DNA of 64,000 nucleotides from Octopus sinensis (Eukaryota), in NCBI RefSeq assembly GCF_006345805.1, contig NC_043003.1, positions 82,646,001 through 82,710,000 on the forward strand. The letters run 5' to 3'. Below are positions 40,244 to 53,770 of this stretch, in pieces. Each line of letters opens with the position of its first letter. The stretch's first letter is position 1. A program made the translations under genes and the position numbers. The notes under the pieces are model-generated. The model was not told the DNA's origin. It made no database searches and worked only from the letters and a program-made list of their open reading frames with translations.

Positions 40244-41090
40244 TATGAGGAGGTACCGAAAAATAACCGGAAACGTTCACTGTGGGACAATCCCGTTGTA
40301 ATTCAGACTTCCACCGCTAGAAGTCACTTGATACGACCTTGAAGCTTCAGTATGCCGATGGCCGTCGTCGAGTGATATCGTACTGACACGTGATGCATCT
40401 TTATTTTGCAGTGTTTTTCCACTGTTTATCGATTTCTGCAATGGCCGTAACGATGGAACAGCATACTTCCGTGAAATTCTATTTTCTTCTGGGGAAATGG
40501 TGGTTTAGACAGTTGTCATTCTTCAAACAACTTACAAGGACGCTGCCATGAGCAAAACACAAGTTTACGACTGGTTTTCATTCTTTAGGAGCAGTCACTT
40601 GTCGCTTGAAGACCAACTTTGATAAGGGCGTCTATCGATATCGCGAACAAAAGAAAATATGAAAATTCATGAACCGACCTTGGGAGACAATCACTGAACA
40701 ATTGGCGAACTTGTGGATATGATTGTCGTGTCCTGGAGCTCTTGTCAACGTATTTTGAGAGAAGAAAATGCGAATGAAATGAGTTGCAGCAAAATTTGTA
40801 CTTCACTTGCTTACGGAGGGTCAAAAGCTGTCACGACTAAATGCGTGTCGTGAACTGAAAGAACAGTAGGAAATTGATCCGGACCATTTCCTCGAAGGTC
40901 ATTACTGGTGACGAAAGCCGGTGCTACGGAATTTGCAGATGTTGAAGAGGTGAAGAAAACACGACGGAGGCGTTAAAAGATATCGCTTTGAAAAAGTTAC
41001 GGTACCACTTCGAACTGTAGAAAATGCGCCTGGACCAATGCATTGCTTCAAATATAGAATACTTTGAAGGCGATAAAAGTGTAAACATCT
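40244..41090 (+). mobile_element. Internally deleted mariner element
   Basis: Starts 'ta tgaggaggtaccgaaaaataaccgg'; decayed translation 'MEQHTSVKFYFLLGK...TYKDAAMSKTQVYDWF...AAKFVLHLLT...ITGDESRCYG' joined to the C-terminus 'FADVEEVK...RLDQCIASNIEYFEGDK'. Confidence 0.8.
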
Positions 41091-41125
41091 CAAACTTAGC
41101 AGCGGCAGATTTAGAAGTTGTTACT

Positions 41126-41199
<74 letters not shown>
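41126..41199. repeat. (GTA)n microsatellite
   Basis: Directly visible. Confidence 0.95.
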
Positions 41200-41200
<1 letters not shown>

Positions 41201-41372
41201 ATACCTTCCCATTGGATTGTAGTTTTTGTTAGTCTATTAAATGCCCTCCCAAGACACAGATCATTGGTACAGTTTCTCTACCGGAAGATACTTTAAACAC
41301 CTTATTAAAGGATTCGTTTCAGTTGGAAAGTTTTTCATGGTGGAACAAAGAGGTTGATTAAATAAAAGACAA

Positions 41373-41413
<41 letters not shown>

Positions 41414-42059
41414 AGAGATACGTGGCAATAGAGCAGAAAGAAAGAAGGGCTCAGGGTGAAGAATAGTTTGTTAGATAACAGTAAAGGTTTATTATAGGAA
41501 GAATGCTGGAGCGATAGAATGAAGGATACAGAGAAAAGAAAGCCTAGAGAGAGAAGATAATGCAGAGAGTTGAAGTAGGACAGACATGTAAAATAGAAAC
41601 TAACGACTGAATAAGAGAGAATAAAAATGTCTGAATTAGACTGAAAGGAGAAGAAAAAGAACGTGTGGAAAGGTGAGAATTTAGAGCATGGATGAAAGAA
41701 GGAGTGCTCGTGATGTGAAAATGAGAAATATCGATAGGAATAGTACAAATCGCTGCAGACAATGAGTGGTTTTGAGAATAAAGCTGAGATTGTTTGAGCC
41801 TCCACATAATTTGTTTGGGTAGAATATTTATCAGTAGAAATTTTTAACTGTTGTATATTTTTGGCAAAAATCCATTGGTTTTATTATTTATTGTTGCGAA
41901 TAGCTTCGAAATTCGCTGGAAGAAGTGTTTGTCACTGTAGTGGCTACTGTAAACTCGACAACGTATTCAAACGCCTTCTATAAGTATTTTTAAAAGTAAA
42001 ATAGAAATTAGAGAAAAAAAAAGATGCAGAAGTATATAGATAGAGCTTCAGGCTTAAGC

Positions 42060-43150
42060 TTTACAGTTGAATAATTGAAGACGCTAACGGGAACTGTGTT
42101 GGAAATCTTAAAATTAATAGGGAAAAGAAATAGTACGAACAGCAAAGATACTTCAACAGCATCAACATTCTCTCTTTTGCAAAACATTGAGAGTCAAAAG
42201 GAACAGCTCGATTTGATCCATCTCGAAATTTAAGAATAATAACGAACCAGCTTATCACGAAAGACAGTCTCGATGATGGGCGAAGGTACTGAGTTGGCAA
42301 AAAAGGAATAATTCTGTCTTTTCTTTTTAGATTTTAGGAACATGACAGAAGAGACATTCCATAAGCATTCTAAAATGGAGTTAGAGGAAACTGTGTCCGA
42401 TGTGAGGCAGGACATGTGCACCATCGAACAAGGCAAGTCATTGAGAAAAGTGTACTTTGTCTTTAAGGTCGTTTACTCAGCAAGGAAGTACAAGGAGCTT
42501 ATGCACCATACGTTTCCCTGTAGCTGGCTGCCACGGTATTTTGGTTTCAGAAATACAAGGAAGATAGTCAGAATATCAGTATGGACATGCAACAGTTGTA
42601 CTTCCCCACATTTATGCAATTGTTGGAAGAAGCTGTGCATAACAGTTTGTTTAAAACGTTGAACCTAATCACTTGGATATATTATTCAATAGCCGCAGAT
42701 ATATTTGGAAATTGCATCCCAAAGAGGTAGAAAGGCAGAAGTCAACTGGGTTAGTCATGTTAAGTAGAAAGCCCCGTTGCAGTGTATCGTTAAATACAAG
42801 ATAATTTAATGCGCTTTTCTCTAGATAGAAACACCATACGAATAATTTTCTGTAGTCATCACTATCAGCAAAAGCAATCTTTACATGTGAAGAGCTATAG
42901 CTACTTCTACCTGTTTCTAGAATACCAACGGTCACAGATAACTCAAGCAGAATTAAACAAAATATCCTTGTCCACAATACCATCAATGGAAACAGTACGA
43001 TGACCGAGAAAGCAAAATGGTTTACGTTTCCTGCCTCCACCGGAAATGGAGGTATCTAAGTATTTGAAAAGCGTTCTTTTCCTTGGGGTACTTGAAATTT
43101 CTTTAATAGATCCAATTTTATGCATTATTATTTCTAAAAGCATATGTTAA
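42060..43150 (-). mobile_element. Probable Tx1/L1-like LINE remnant (post-RT region)
   Basis: Manual translation 'FKYLDTSISGG...DRWYSRN...GMQFPNISAAIE' resembles the KYLG...GGLG.PN region; heavily decayed. Confidence 0.35.
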
Positions 43151-43259
43151 TATTCTGTATCTAAATTAATTTTACATGATTTTATAGCGTATTATACTGT
43201 GAAATACCAGCATTACATGACAATACTTAACTCAGGTAATAACGATGATAATAACTACT

Positions 43260-43375
43260 ATTCAACTGGTACTTATTTTATCGACCCCAAAATAATAAAA
43301 GGCAAAGTTGACCTCGGCGGAAGTTGAACTGATACTGTTAACTATTTTGGCCGGCGTTCTAACGATTCGGCAAAA
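43260..43375 (-). mobile_element. SINE family A fragment
   Basis: 'actggtacttattttatcgacccc...aggcaaagttgacctcggcggaagttgaac' matches family A. Confidence 0.7.
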
Positions 43376-43389
43376 TACCCACCCTTTTG

Positions 43390-44050
43390 ATAGCCGAATT
43401 ATTGATGCCTATTGATTATTGGATCAGTTTTTACCAGCAGTCTGTCATTTCGATTTTTAGACCCATTGTCCCCTTTAATCATCGCAGTATACTATCTATA
43501 TTCGCCAATTTTTCATGCTCTTTAGCGTATACACTTTTGTCTGATGATATAGCCATGTCAATAAGTAGAGATGCTATATTCTCGTATCTGACAATGATAT
43601 CAATCCGATTGGCATGTATGGTCCCACCTGTAGGTAACTCCATAAAATTGTGTCTTTTGTGGGTGATGTTCACACCAGGTTTTTAAACATGCTCTACACT
43701 TCTATGTCTGCATAGTGCCCAATGAATGTATTTGCCAACTCTTAGTATTTGCGATACACCATAGAGTGTGGGTAAGTACCTGGCTTCGTGGGACACAAAA
43801 CAATTTCGATCCCTCGGAAATTTTCCATAGGGTCGACTCTAGTTACTTGACAAGTGTCCTCAAAGTATTCTATCTTGGTGTAGTTTTCATCTGGATAGCA
43901 GATGAATTTCTAGACGGATGTCTGAAGAGGCTGACTGATGCTGGTGGACAGCATTGCGGGGCGCTCCTCGACAGACCTGCTAAACTATTTTGGGCGTTGT
44001 TTAGTCCGGGCCTCTTTATGCATAGGAACTAGAACGGTTTGATACGTATT
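43390..44050 (-). mobile_element. R4/Dong-like LINE, RLE endonuclease region
   Basis: 'GKYIHWALCRH' and ORF 43479-43673 'TIHANRIDII...LLIDMAISSDKSVYAKEHEKL', matching the RLE 'NRPDI...IDVA.P.D...KE.EK' pattern. Confidence 0.65.
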
Positions 44051-44548
44051 TTGCTGCAGATTACATAGATACAGTCCGAGAGGAATCTGTCCCTAGAAGT
44101 TCGGTTAGAATTGGTGAATCACGGTATCGCCTGAGTTATAATTTCTCGGTTGACCATCATACCTATCCCCAATTTTCGATCATGCTATGTTTGTGGGTAG
44201 ATTCGATTATTAAGACGAGTCTCTTCACAGCTCTCTGCTTGACTGATGACAGTCTTGGACCGAAGAAGGACTAGAAATTAACTAGATTTTCAAGCACTCA
44301 CTACAACCTATTAGTCGAGATATGCGATTTATATAGGGGATAATAGATAATTTTCAGAAATTATTTTGCTTATAGTCGAAAGAATCATCATCATCATTTT
44401 CATCATTATCATTATCATCATTATTGTCATTATCATCATTATCATCATTATTATCATTATTATCATTATTATCATTATTATCATTATCATTATTATCATT
44501 ATTATTATTATTATCATCATCATTATTATTATTATCATTATCATTATT

Positions 44549-45015
44549 GAGTGAGAGAGGAGTGCATGCCATCAAAGTGACACTGGGGTAAAATATACGA
44601 AGCCCAATATACCCATCATGACTACCCCTCTGATAAGGGTACACTATGCATATGCATCACAACCATATGTGCGCGACATGGTGATCTCATATCAAAATAA
44701 ACAGCACATGACCTTGCAGGTGGGGCCCAGTTAGAATTTTCTTCAGGTCGAGTAACCCATCCCACTCGAAAGGTCCCTGAATAAGGGTTGTTTAAGGATG
44801 TTGAATGAAACACCCATGTTTCCAGAGGTGAATTATTCAAACCCCAAAGAATCCCTCTCAACACATGGCTATGATGCTCCCCCACTACTTCTGCTCGTGA
44901 TCAGAGATGCACATATCGTCAGCCACTAAGGGACATGCTTAACTGGTTAAAGTCAAACAACTGACAAGCAAATCTGTGGTATTGAGCAGAATATTTGCTG
45001 TAGCCCATCTTTTAT
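44549..45015 (-). mobile_element. Family C element, 5'-truncated, with (TAA/TGA)n tail at 44385-44548
   Basis: Colinear and highly similar to 57217-57680. Confidence 0.85.
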
Positions 45016-45032
45016 CATTATTATTGTACTTC

Positions 45033-45375
45033 CTCTGGTTGATTCTGTGAGATCAGACAGCAAACTGTTGACAGAAGTCTCGCAAGGTCTCTTTCCGCAC
45101 ATTATAAGCTTTGATATGCTGTTGCTAATTATCGTGGAAAATATTCAACAACCAAGTACCAATCTTAAATTCCTAGCTGTCCCCAACAGCTTGTTCTGTT
45201 CTCATGTCAATTCTGATTTCTCTGATATTTTTCTCGAACTTGTTTGTTAGCGCTCCGAGTGCCCTACAACTATTGGAATGACAAACACTCTCCTCCTAGT
45301 CCATATTCTTGCAGTTTCGTCTTTTAGTAGTCTGTACTTTAAAATTATGTTTAGTCCTTTGTCACTTATGCGTGC
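45033..45375 (-). mobile_element. R4/Dong-like LINE 3' end between (TTA)n arrays
   Basis: 'KYRLLKDETARIWTRRRVFVIPIVVG...LLGTARNLRLVLG' followed by 3' UTR and an aataataat tail. Confidence 0.7.
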
Positions 45376-45400
45376 ATTGTTGTTGTTATTGTTATTATTA

Positions 45401-45444
<44 letters not shown>

Positions 45445-45501
45445 CATTATTATTATTATTATTATCGTCATCGTCATCATCATCATCATCATCATCAACA
45501 T

Positions 45502-45552
<51 letters not shown>

Positions 45553-45980
45553 CACTACTACTACTATTACAACTACTGCTGCTGCTACTACCACAACTAT
45601 TGTTGTTGATTTTGTTGTTTATGTTATATTAGAACTATTATAGACCTCACCGTTTTACTCGATCTAAATAAGTGACTGATTTCTGTTTGGTGTTTCTTTA
45701 AGCATTTCGCTTTCATGCTTACCATAGTGCTTCGGGCCCTTGTGGCCAGAAACTGGAATTTTATTATTATTATTATTATTATTATTATATTATTATTATT
45801 ATTATATTATTATTATTATTATTATTATTTGTATTATTATTATTTTTATTATTATTATTTTTATTATTATTATTATTATTATTATTAACAGTAGTGGTTG
45901 TGGTAGTCGTAGTGGTGGTGTTGTAGTGGTGGTGGTGGTGGTGGTGGTAGTACTAGTATTATTATTATTATTATTATTAT

Positions 45981-46048
<68 letters not shown>
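45376..46048. repeat. Large compound microsatellite block (TTA/TCA/CTA/GTA/GTG)n
   Basis: Directly visible; interrupted by a SINE-A remnant at ~45650-45760. Confidence 0.9.
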
Positions 46049-46049
<1 letters not shown>

Positions 46050-46575
46050 CACCAGCATATAGTTTCAGACATTGAGCTTGTTGTTGCGTTTTATATATAT
46101 ATTATTTCAGGAACTGTTATTTCATTTGTTTTGACAGTCCATTCATTGTATTTAGTACAATTATATAAATAAATGAAAAAAGAGAAGAAAAAAAGAGTTA
46201 CGGTATACAATATTAAATGCCGCAATGCATTCGGACAGTTTTCAGAATTAAGTATCGAAAGTGTTTAAGACGATACGAGCTACTCTCTTTTTGTTTTCAA
46301 TATGAATATAAATTTCCCGTCGACGGGATAACAATTGAGACTAGCAAAACGATACGATAGTTTATAGAAAGCCACTTAAACGAAAAACTTACTGATATTG
46401 AAACTTATGAAACAAAGATAATACAATGGAATGTAGAGATTGAGTTACACAATAAAATATACAGCAAATGTGTGTCTATATACATACGCCCTTATGTATA
46501 TGCTTGTATATATATGTATATATAAATATGTATATATATGTATATATATATGTATATATATGTATATCCTTATAC

Positions 46576-46721
46576 ATAGACGCGCAAGCGTATGTATGTA
46601 TATACATACACTCTCATATTTATACACGCAACATATATGCATATATATATATATATGCATATATGTTGCGTGTATAAATATGAGAGTGTATGTATATACA
46701 TACATACGCTTGCGCGTCTAT
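46576..46721. repeat. Perfect 146-bp palindrome centred on (AT)8
   Basis: The arms read as exact reverse complements about the axis 46648/46649; pairing stops at 46575/46722. Confidence 0.9.
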
Positions 46722-46722
46722 A

Positions 46723-46761
<39 letters not shown>

Positions 46762-48104
46762 TATATATTATATATATATATATATTATATATATATATAT
46801 ATGTATGTATGTATGCATGAATACATATGTTCCTGCGTGTATCAGTGTATACATACATACATACATACCAAATACACAGCATTTCTGTTTGGCGATTTTC
46901 AACTTTGATAGTAAAGCAATGGATGTGGTCAAATAAAACGCTTTCTTGAAAAATTAACCCTTCACTCGAATCCTATTCATCTCAAGAATACTATGTTTAA
47001 CATGTTCTCTAGAGGTTTGAAACGCTAGTGTTGTAGTCATGCTAATATTTATTATTATTATAAGTATTTTGCTTCATATGTACTAGTATGTGTTTGTTTA
47101 CGCATGCATCAATATCAGATCACTCTCATAATTATTGGTAACAGTAAAACTCGTTACATCTTCGTTTACTAAAGTGAATCCTACATCAGATTAAACTGGT
47201 GAGGATGGACGGTGAAAAATACAGAAACTCGAAAGTAGGACTTATCAAACTAATAGGTTATATTTTCGTCTGCCATTGTCTAACGAGCAATAAATATTAC
47301 TAATGCCAGAGTAAATTTGTTCACAGGTTTCATCTTAGTCTGCATGTTGTTTAATGCGTAATATGCACAATATGTGTGTATTCCTGATAGTTCGCTTTGT
47401 CCTTTGTTCATATTAGGTACATTTATGCAAGGGAAACATGATGTAAAATGTGAACGATGTTGATAAAGGAGAGTGTCTTCGAATTTTCATCAAAGGTGAC
47501 TTTGTATTTTCCCCAAGTACCTATTCTTTTGGCAGTGGTATTTGGCACGCTTTGCACTTGTCTAACTTACGCATTTAGAAAGAGATGTTGTTATCAGATT
47601 TAAAATAACTCATTCCTGTTGAAAGAAATTATTTGAGCAGACAAAAGAAACATTCTTATATTTCATCCAAATGCCTATGATAACGGATAAAGTCAGTGCA
47701 GGCGAGAAAGGCACAGGATTTTGATGGAGATTTTTAGACCACTCCTTGTTAAAATCAAGGCTCAGATGTCACTCCCGTCATCAAGTCATATTTACATATT
47801 GACGATGAAGTAGGCTAACCCGATACGTAGATAACGTAGATATAGAGGGAGAAGTCTAAACGTCGAAGAATTGAGTAGAGGTCATCCGAACGTGCGATAT
47901 AACAGTGGCGACCAGGATGAGATGCTCACACAGCCACTGTGTAGTAGTGCGACATAACACATATATAAAAACATGGCATGGCAACAGAGGGAATTGATGA
48001 CATTTAACTGTGAAATTAGGCGGTTCACTCTCAAAATCAATATGGTATGAAAAATTGATAAGAAATTCTGTTTTAAGAAGTTGCTCATATTGAATTATTA
48101 CAAA

Positions 48105-48320
48105 TTATTACAAATTTGAGACAAGGCCAGCAATTTCGGGGAGGATGGCGTTTAAGTCGATTACATCGACCCCAGTGCTCGACTGGTACTCATTTTATCG
48201 ACTCCGAAAGAATAAAAGGCAAAGTCGAACTCGGCAGAATATCAGCTCTGAGAGTATGTTCGGACAAAATGCCGCAAAGCATTTTTCCGGCATGCTAAAG
48301 AATCTGCCAGCTCACTGCCT
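48105..48320 (-). mobile_element. SINE family A
   Basis: 'caaatttgagacaaggccagcaatttcgggg...tcgattacatcgaccccagtg...aggcaaagtcgaactcggcagaat' matches family A. Confidence 0.75.
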
Positions 48321-49499
48321 TCTCATATTCAAATATTAAATAATAGCGTATATAATACCAGGTATATGCAGATACTTTTAACTGAAAACATGGTAAAATT
48401 GCACACAACAATCGAAACACCTATCTCGTGCAGTAGACAAGAAACCTTGAAACCACCAAACGAAAAAAATCTTATCAAATTTTGACCATGAAATTTAATG
48501 TAATCATATAAACAAAAATTGTGATTTTTTTGTATTGCAGGGTAATTTTTATGAAACTACTCGTACGTAAATTAAGCTGTAGATAATTTTTCATAGCATA
48601 GTAGGTGGATACATTCACCCTCAAAAATCAAACCCCAAATCTGGTGTTTATATTTTTCAAATTTCACACGGCTTCAACATTTACACGCAATTATACTCAC
48701 ACAAACACACACTCACGCATGCACACATGCACACACACACAGACACACGTGTATACATATGTATTTGATCTATATGCGCACATGCAAGCATAAAAAGCAT
48801 ACATCCATAGGCGCACATATATAAATGAGTATATACAAAAATATATATGTATGCGTGTGAATATATCTATGTATGTATATAGATATATATTATAAATATA
48901 TATACATGCGTGTGTGCATGTACATACATGTATGTACATATATACATATATATATATGATTATACATACATGCATACATGTGTGAATATACAGATGTATG
49001 TATGTGTGTACGCGTGTGTGTGTTTATAATCATATCTGAGCAAAAATGTGTCTGATAAATGTGCAATTTGTAGTTGATGGTTCCCTTACTAGAAATTGTG
49101 GTTTGCGCTTTGCCCAAAGTAAAATTCATCTATCTAAAATATTTTCTATTCTTTTGTGAGATAGTGAACTAGGAATTATGAAACAACAGTTTTATTATAA
49201 TGGAATAGATTAAGCAAACACTATCGAAACAAGGCAAACAAAACAAATCTCTCCAAAATTCATAAAATCTTCCCGTAAATCTAATATACCACCAAATAAC
49301 GATAAATATGTATTTTAACCTGGCACTATCAGGTTTCTACGCAATCAAATTACTCATAAAAAATTCCTTCTTAACACATCACACATAATTCAATACGACT
49401 GCCGGCAAATGTATTATTCTTCTTTAAAGTATTATGTACCTTTGTGCTCAATAATCCAGTCAGCTACCTTGCTTAGCTTCTACTGAATGTTCACTATCC

Positions 49500-50600
49500 T
49501 CATTTTATCGGAAATTTAAACGGTAATATGTGAATTAAAACAGGTGTTGCAAATGGGTATTTTTACTGGTCCAAATTTTATGCATTTGGCAGACAACATC
49601 AGATTTCTTGTTTCTGGATGTCACAATTTTCAAAGGTTGAATCCATGTTATCATCAAGAATCTCAGAGTTTTTGCACCCATTTAACCACAACTGCATTGA
49701 TTCTAAGTAACTATTCCCACCCCCTCTGTTTTGCCATTCAGGAATATCTGTTGACATGTTGTTGAATATTCCTTATTTCTAAATTGTTTTCCTTTTTTGC
49801 AACATTTCTCCATCGAATTCCAATGATTTCTTAATCACATTTTGTTCTGTTTTTCCGTGCAGTTAGATTGCATATACTTGCTTCAATGAATCTCCTTCAT
49901 GTCTTCTGTGTGGAAGATTTTCTTGCTTGATAAGGATTTCTAGCTTCCTGATTGACCCATCTCTTCCGTACAGGGGGACAGTCATTGTGGACGTCATGTT
50001 AATAATATTTACAAGACTGAACATAAAGGATTACATTTCTAGTGTCTAAAAGAGTACACTTTCCTACATGCTAATCAATTCACTTGGATGCCTTACATGC
50101 AGTGCAATCAATGCTATATACATCGACATATTCAGATATTCATAAATCCCTTGATGTCTTTCCTCGAAAATGCTTAAACACATGAGCATATGAACCTGTT
50201 GGTCCTCACCCGGAAAGATTCGGCTGGTACGAATTTTTGGTCCAATAATATAAAAAATGTCCTGAATATTCTTATATTCCGTTTTCTGTTACCTAAGAAT
50301 ACACCAGAGGAATTGAGGTCAACCCTTATTCAGGTAATACTCCAAATAATATTTTCTTCAAGTGTGATGAGGTTGCGGAAACTTAACATTCCGTTAAGCG
50401 TTAAGATCGCTTTGAATTTTCTTCTCTGAAACCTGGTTATGAAGCTACACAGTAATCGGATTAAAGTAATGAAATTCCCATGTATTTTGTGCTACATCAT
50501 TGATTCACAAGAACATTTGAATCATGTAGCCTCACTTAATACAATTCGAGATAATGTTTTACTGAGTTATTCACTTGATCGTTCATTTTTTTTAATAAGG
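49500..50600 (-). mobile_element. Possible piggyBac-like transposase remnant
   Basis: Minus-strand 'AKCIKFGPVKIPICNTCFNSH' resembles the piggyBac cysteine-rich C-terminus and 'GMLSFR' resembles 'FRGRLSFRQY'; very decayed. Confidence 0.35.
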
Positions 50601-52049
50601 TTGTACGTATGTTCTTTTGAGTTGGTGTGGAGGAAGGACGATTATAATGATTGTATTCTATTATTATTATGGCAATAGAAGCAGCTGTATCGCCACGAGA
50701 CTATGTTGCTATAAACACTTTATAACCTGCTATTTCTGATAGTTCTGTCAGTAGAGCCTTCGTTCAATTTGCTTTTGAATGTCAAGGTTTGCATGATTAT
50801 AAGCAAAGTAAATGTCTTCTATAAAACATTTTATAATCCAGTGATTAGCTACAATTTCATAGAGTTTATGTGAAATGTTGACTTCTACTTAAACTTCCAC
50901 TCAGCCTACGCCTTAAGAGGAAATTACGTAGCAGAAATGTAGGATTCTGTCAGATCCATCTCCATAGGTTTCCAAGTCCCAAACTTTTTGCACATAATCA
51001 AAATCATTCTGAATGTTATGGTAAAAGCAAAAATATCAATGAAAATATTCACTTATATACATAATACAAATTATGTTGAATGAAGAACTGAAACTGTGAT
51101 ATATGAAAATATGCTGATTTCCTTCACAATGGGTGACATATAACCACGTACCCTGTAACGTGTACCTGTATATTTCACTTAAACTATTAATTAACCTAGT
51201 ATTTGCGTCTAAAGTAATATGATATAGAATAAAGTGTTCTAACCAATATTCAGTCAAACAACTTCAGTATATTTAAACTGAAGTAGGTAGAGTAACTATC
51301 TTATCCATTGAAAGAAGCCACCTCATATTTTATTCTGTGTAAGGTTTTGAGAACCGAAGAGAAAAAAAAATTACATAAACTATAAAATTTCAAATTTACC
51401 TCAATGGTGCTTATTTGGCCGAAGATCGGATATTTTATAGAAGAAACTCAAGTCATGACTATCCTGTCATTTCTATACCCACGAATGCACTATCCAATGT
51501 TTGGATTTGATTTAAGGAAGCTTTGGCAATTATCTCTCGCTAATCTAAGGAACTGCATAGCAGCTCGTTTACTAACTCGCTCCGAGATAACTTCCTTTTG
51601 AAAATTAGATGTTCCTCTTAAATACATATATTTTTCATATACAGAGAGTCTATGTTATGTTTCTCTTCTTTGCTCAGTCTTTCATGAAATTATTGGACAG
51701 GTGTGTTGATTTATGATGGGTTACATTTTGTAAAATCAATAAAGTATCTTTGAACATGCTCTCTGAAAGTGAAAAATGGGAAATATATAACATCTGAAGA
51801 CTCAGTTTTATAAATATATGTAAAATTAAAGGAAACATGTAAGGCTCTATGGAAAGAGATTTGCTCTACAAGCACCTGGTTTTTTTTGTTTCATTTTCAA
51901 TTCTTGAGCAAAATGTTTATAGCAAAATCTCGGATAAACCAAATTTTGGGGAATGAAATTGGACAACGATGAATGCATGCAAGCCCGTTTCAGAAACCGT
52001 TTTTATTGTTTTGGTAGATTTAATACATTACCTGGCTCATGTTTAAATG

Positions 52050-53000
52050 AATCTCCATTTGAACTAGGTATCAGCTCTGATGATAACTCTTCCGTATTCT
52101 TGTGTTTGACCAGTAGATAAGGTTTTGAAATATATTATAGAATTTTCCTTCTCTGCTCTGAATAAAACATTAAAATACGAGGCTTCTATCGGAAGTAAAG
52201 AAAGGGATTGGTTAAAACGTGTTTGCGAGGACTGTGCTTCATTTTGTCGAATATGTAGAAGTCGGAGGGCAACAGATCTTGTTACCGTATAGAGAGGACC
52301 ACTAACCTGCACAATTTACCGATTGCCTGATTGTGATGGTAAAGAAACGTGTGTAGTCACGCACTGTCATAGTGAATGTGGATCGCTTTCAGGTTCTTGA
52401 TCAGTATCTTCTCTTAATACCCTCTTAATATCTCTATGTACCACTCAGTGTTTAGATACAGCTACGTTTCAGAATATCGAGAGGAATGCTGCATTCTTGA
52501 TCCCTATCAAAAAAGAAAAAGCCGTCACCATAAATTTATATGCTGTTCTTTTTCTCTTCAAAATTTTAGGTTTTCGGAAAGTGGTGTAAATTATTCTGGA
52601 CTGAGCCTTTAGTTCTGGATCATAAGAAAACAGCCACATTTCGTTCTATGTTACCAAATCGAAAAGGAAAGTGTCTTCATTGGTTTCAGTTACTTCAAGC
52701 CGATTAGAACATACTTCCACGCTTGAGTTATCCTCACTTCACTCACTTTCCTACACCCAAAGTCTTCAATGATTTTCTGCCATGCAGTGTGTCCAGACTC
52801 CACTTGCGCAGCAAACACGTGGTCTGTGACTCCACTGTCTGCTTGAATAAATTCGTCCATTCGTTGACCTGTAAGTGGTTGCAGTTGATGTCGCCTTCTG
52901 CTTACTTCATCTTCAATGTTGGTTTCCATTTCTTTAAACTTCGTCACTCCTTTGTGAATATTGTTCGTTTCAGATATCTATATGTCAGATATCTATGGTA
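52050..53000 (-). mobile_element. Decayed near-full-length mariner transposase
   Basis: ORF 52690-52947 (second HTH, 'IEDFGCRKV') followed by 'WLFSYDPELKAQS', 'HYDSA' and a degenerate YSPDLAP region. Confidence 0.7.
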
Positions 53001-53564
53001 ACAACCTACTACTTTCTGTGGCTACCAAACAGTCTGAACCCCCTCATTCGTTTAGATCTTAATGATGGTCCGTTGCAATGAAAGAGAACAAGAAGAAAAG
53101 TTACTAAAGTGGAATAGGTATTTAATCAACATGTGCAATTTGAAGCTTCTATGTCATTTTTGCCCACGTATGCATTACTTAAGTAACAACACTTGCATAT
53201 CCTACTTGAAAACTACCAACACTACATATTCATATTAGTCAACGCAATATGTATATTATGTGTAGTTCTATAAAACATATCAATTCCTATTACATCGTGT
53301 TAGTTCTATCAGCTCCTGGCTAGTATATCTATAGCTTTTCTCTGAATACAATCTATAAATTGAAGTGAAATGTCCTCTACTAGCGACCGTAAACGTGTTG
53401 CAGCCTTGTAAAGTTGGGGACCTATAGAATTCTCCTATAATCATGCATTAATATCTATAACAAAAATAATGTTACGATTCACGGTTTTCACTCAGGTGGG
53501 TTTTAAAGGTAACAAGCTAAAGGATGTAACTAAATGGCAACCCCCTTTTTTTTCAGAATTATCA

Positions 53565-53770
53565 AATATTGACTTCAAATTGTGACAGAAGTTCAATGAG
53601 TTCGGAAAATGGGGTAAATCAGTTATATCGATCCAAGTGGTCATCAGGTATATATTTCATTAAATTGGATGAAAGGCAAAGTCGACCTCGGCGAAGTTTG
53701 AACTCAGAATGCAAAGACGGACTAAATGTCAAGAAATATCTTGTCCGGCATGATAACAATCCAGCTTGCT
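53565..53770 (-). mobile_element. SINE family A
   Basis: 'ggatgaaaggcaaagtcgacctcggcgaagtttgaactcagaa' matches family A. Confidence 0.7.

Noticed and set aside
47799-47834. HHR-like string ttgac-gatga-agtagg(ctaa)ccc-gatac-gta-gataa
   Set aside because: Both core halves are mutated and stems I and II are poor.
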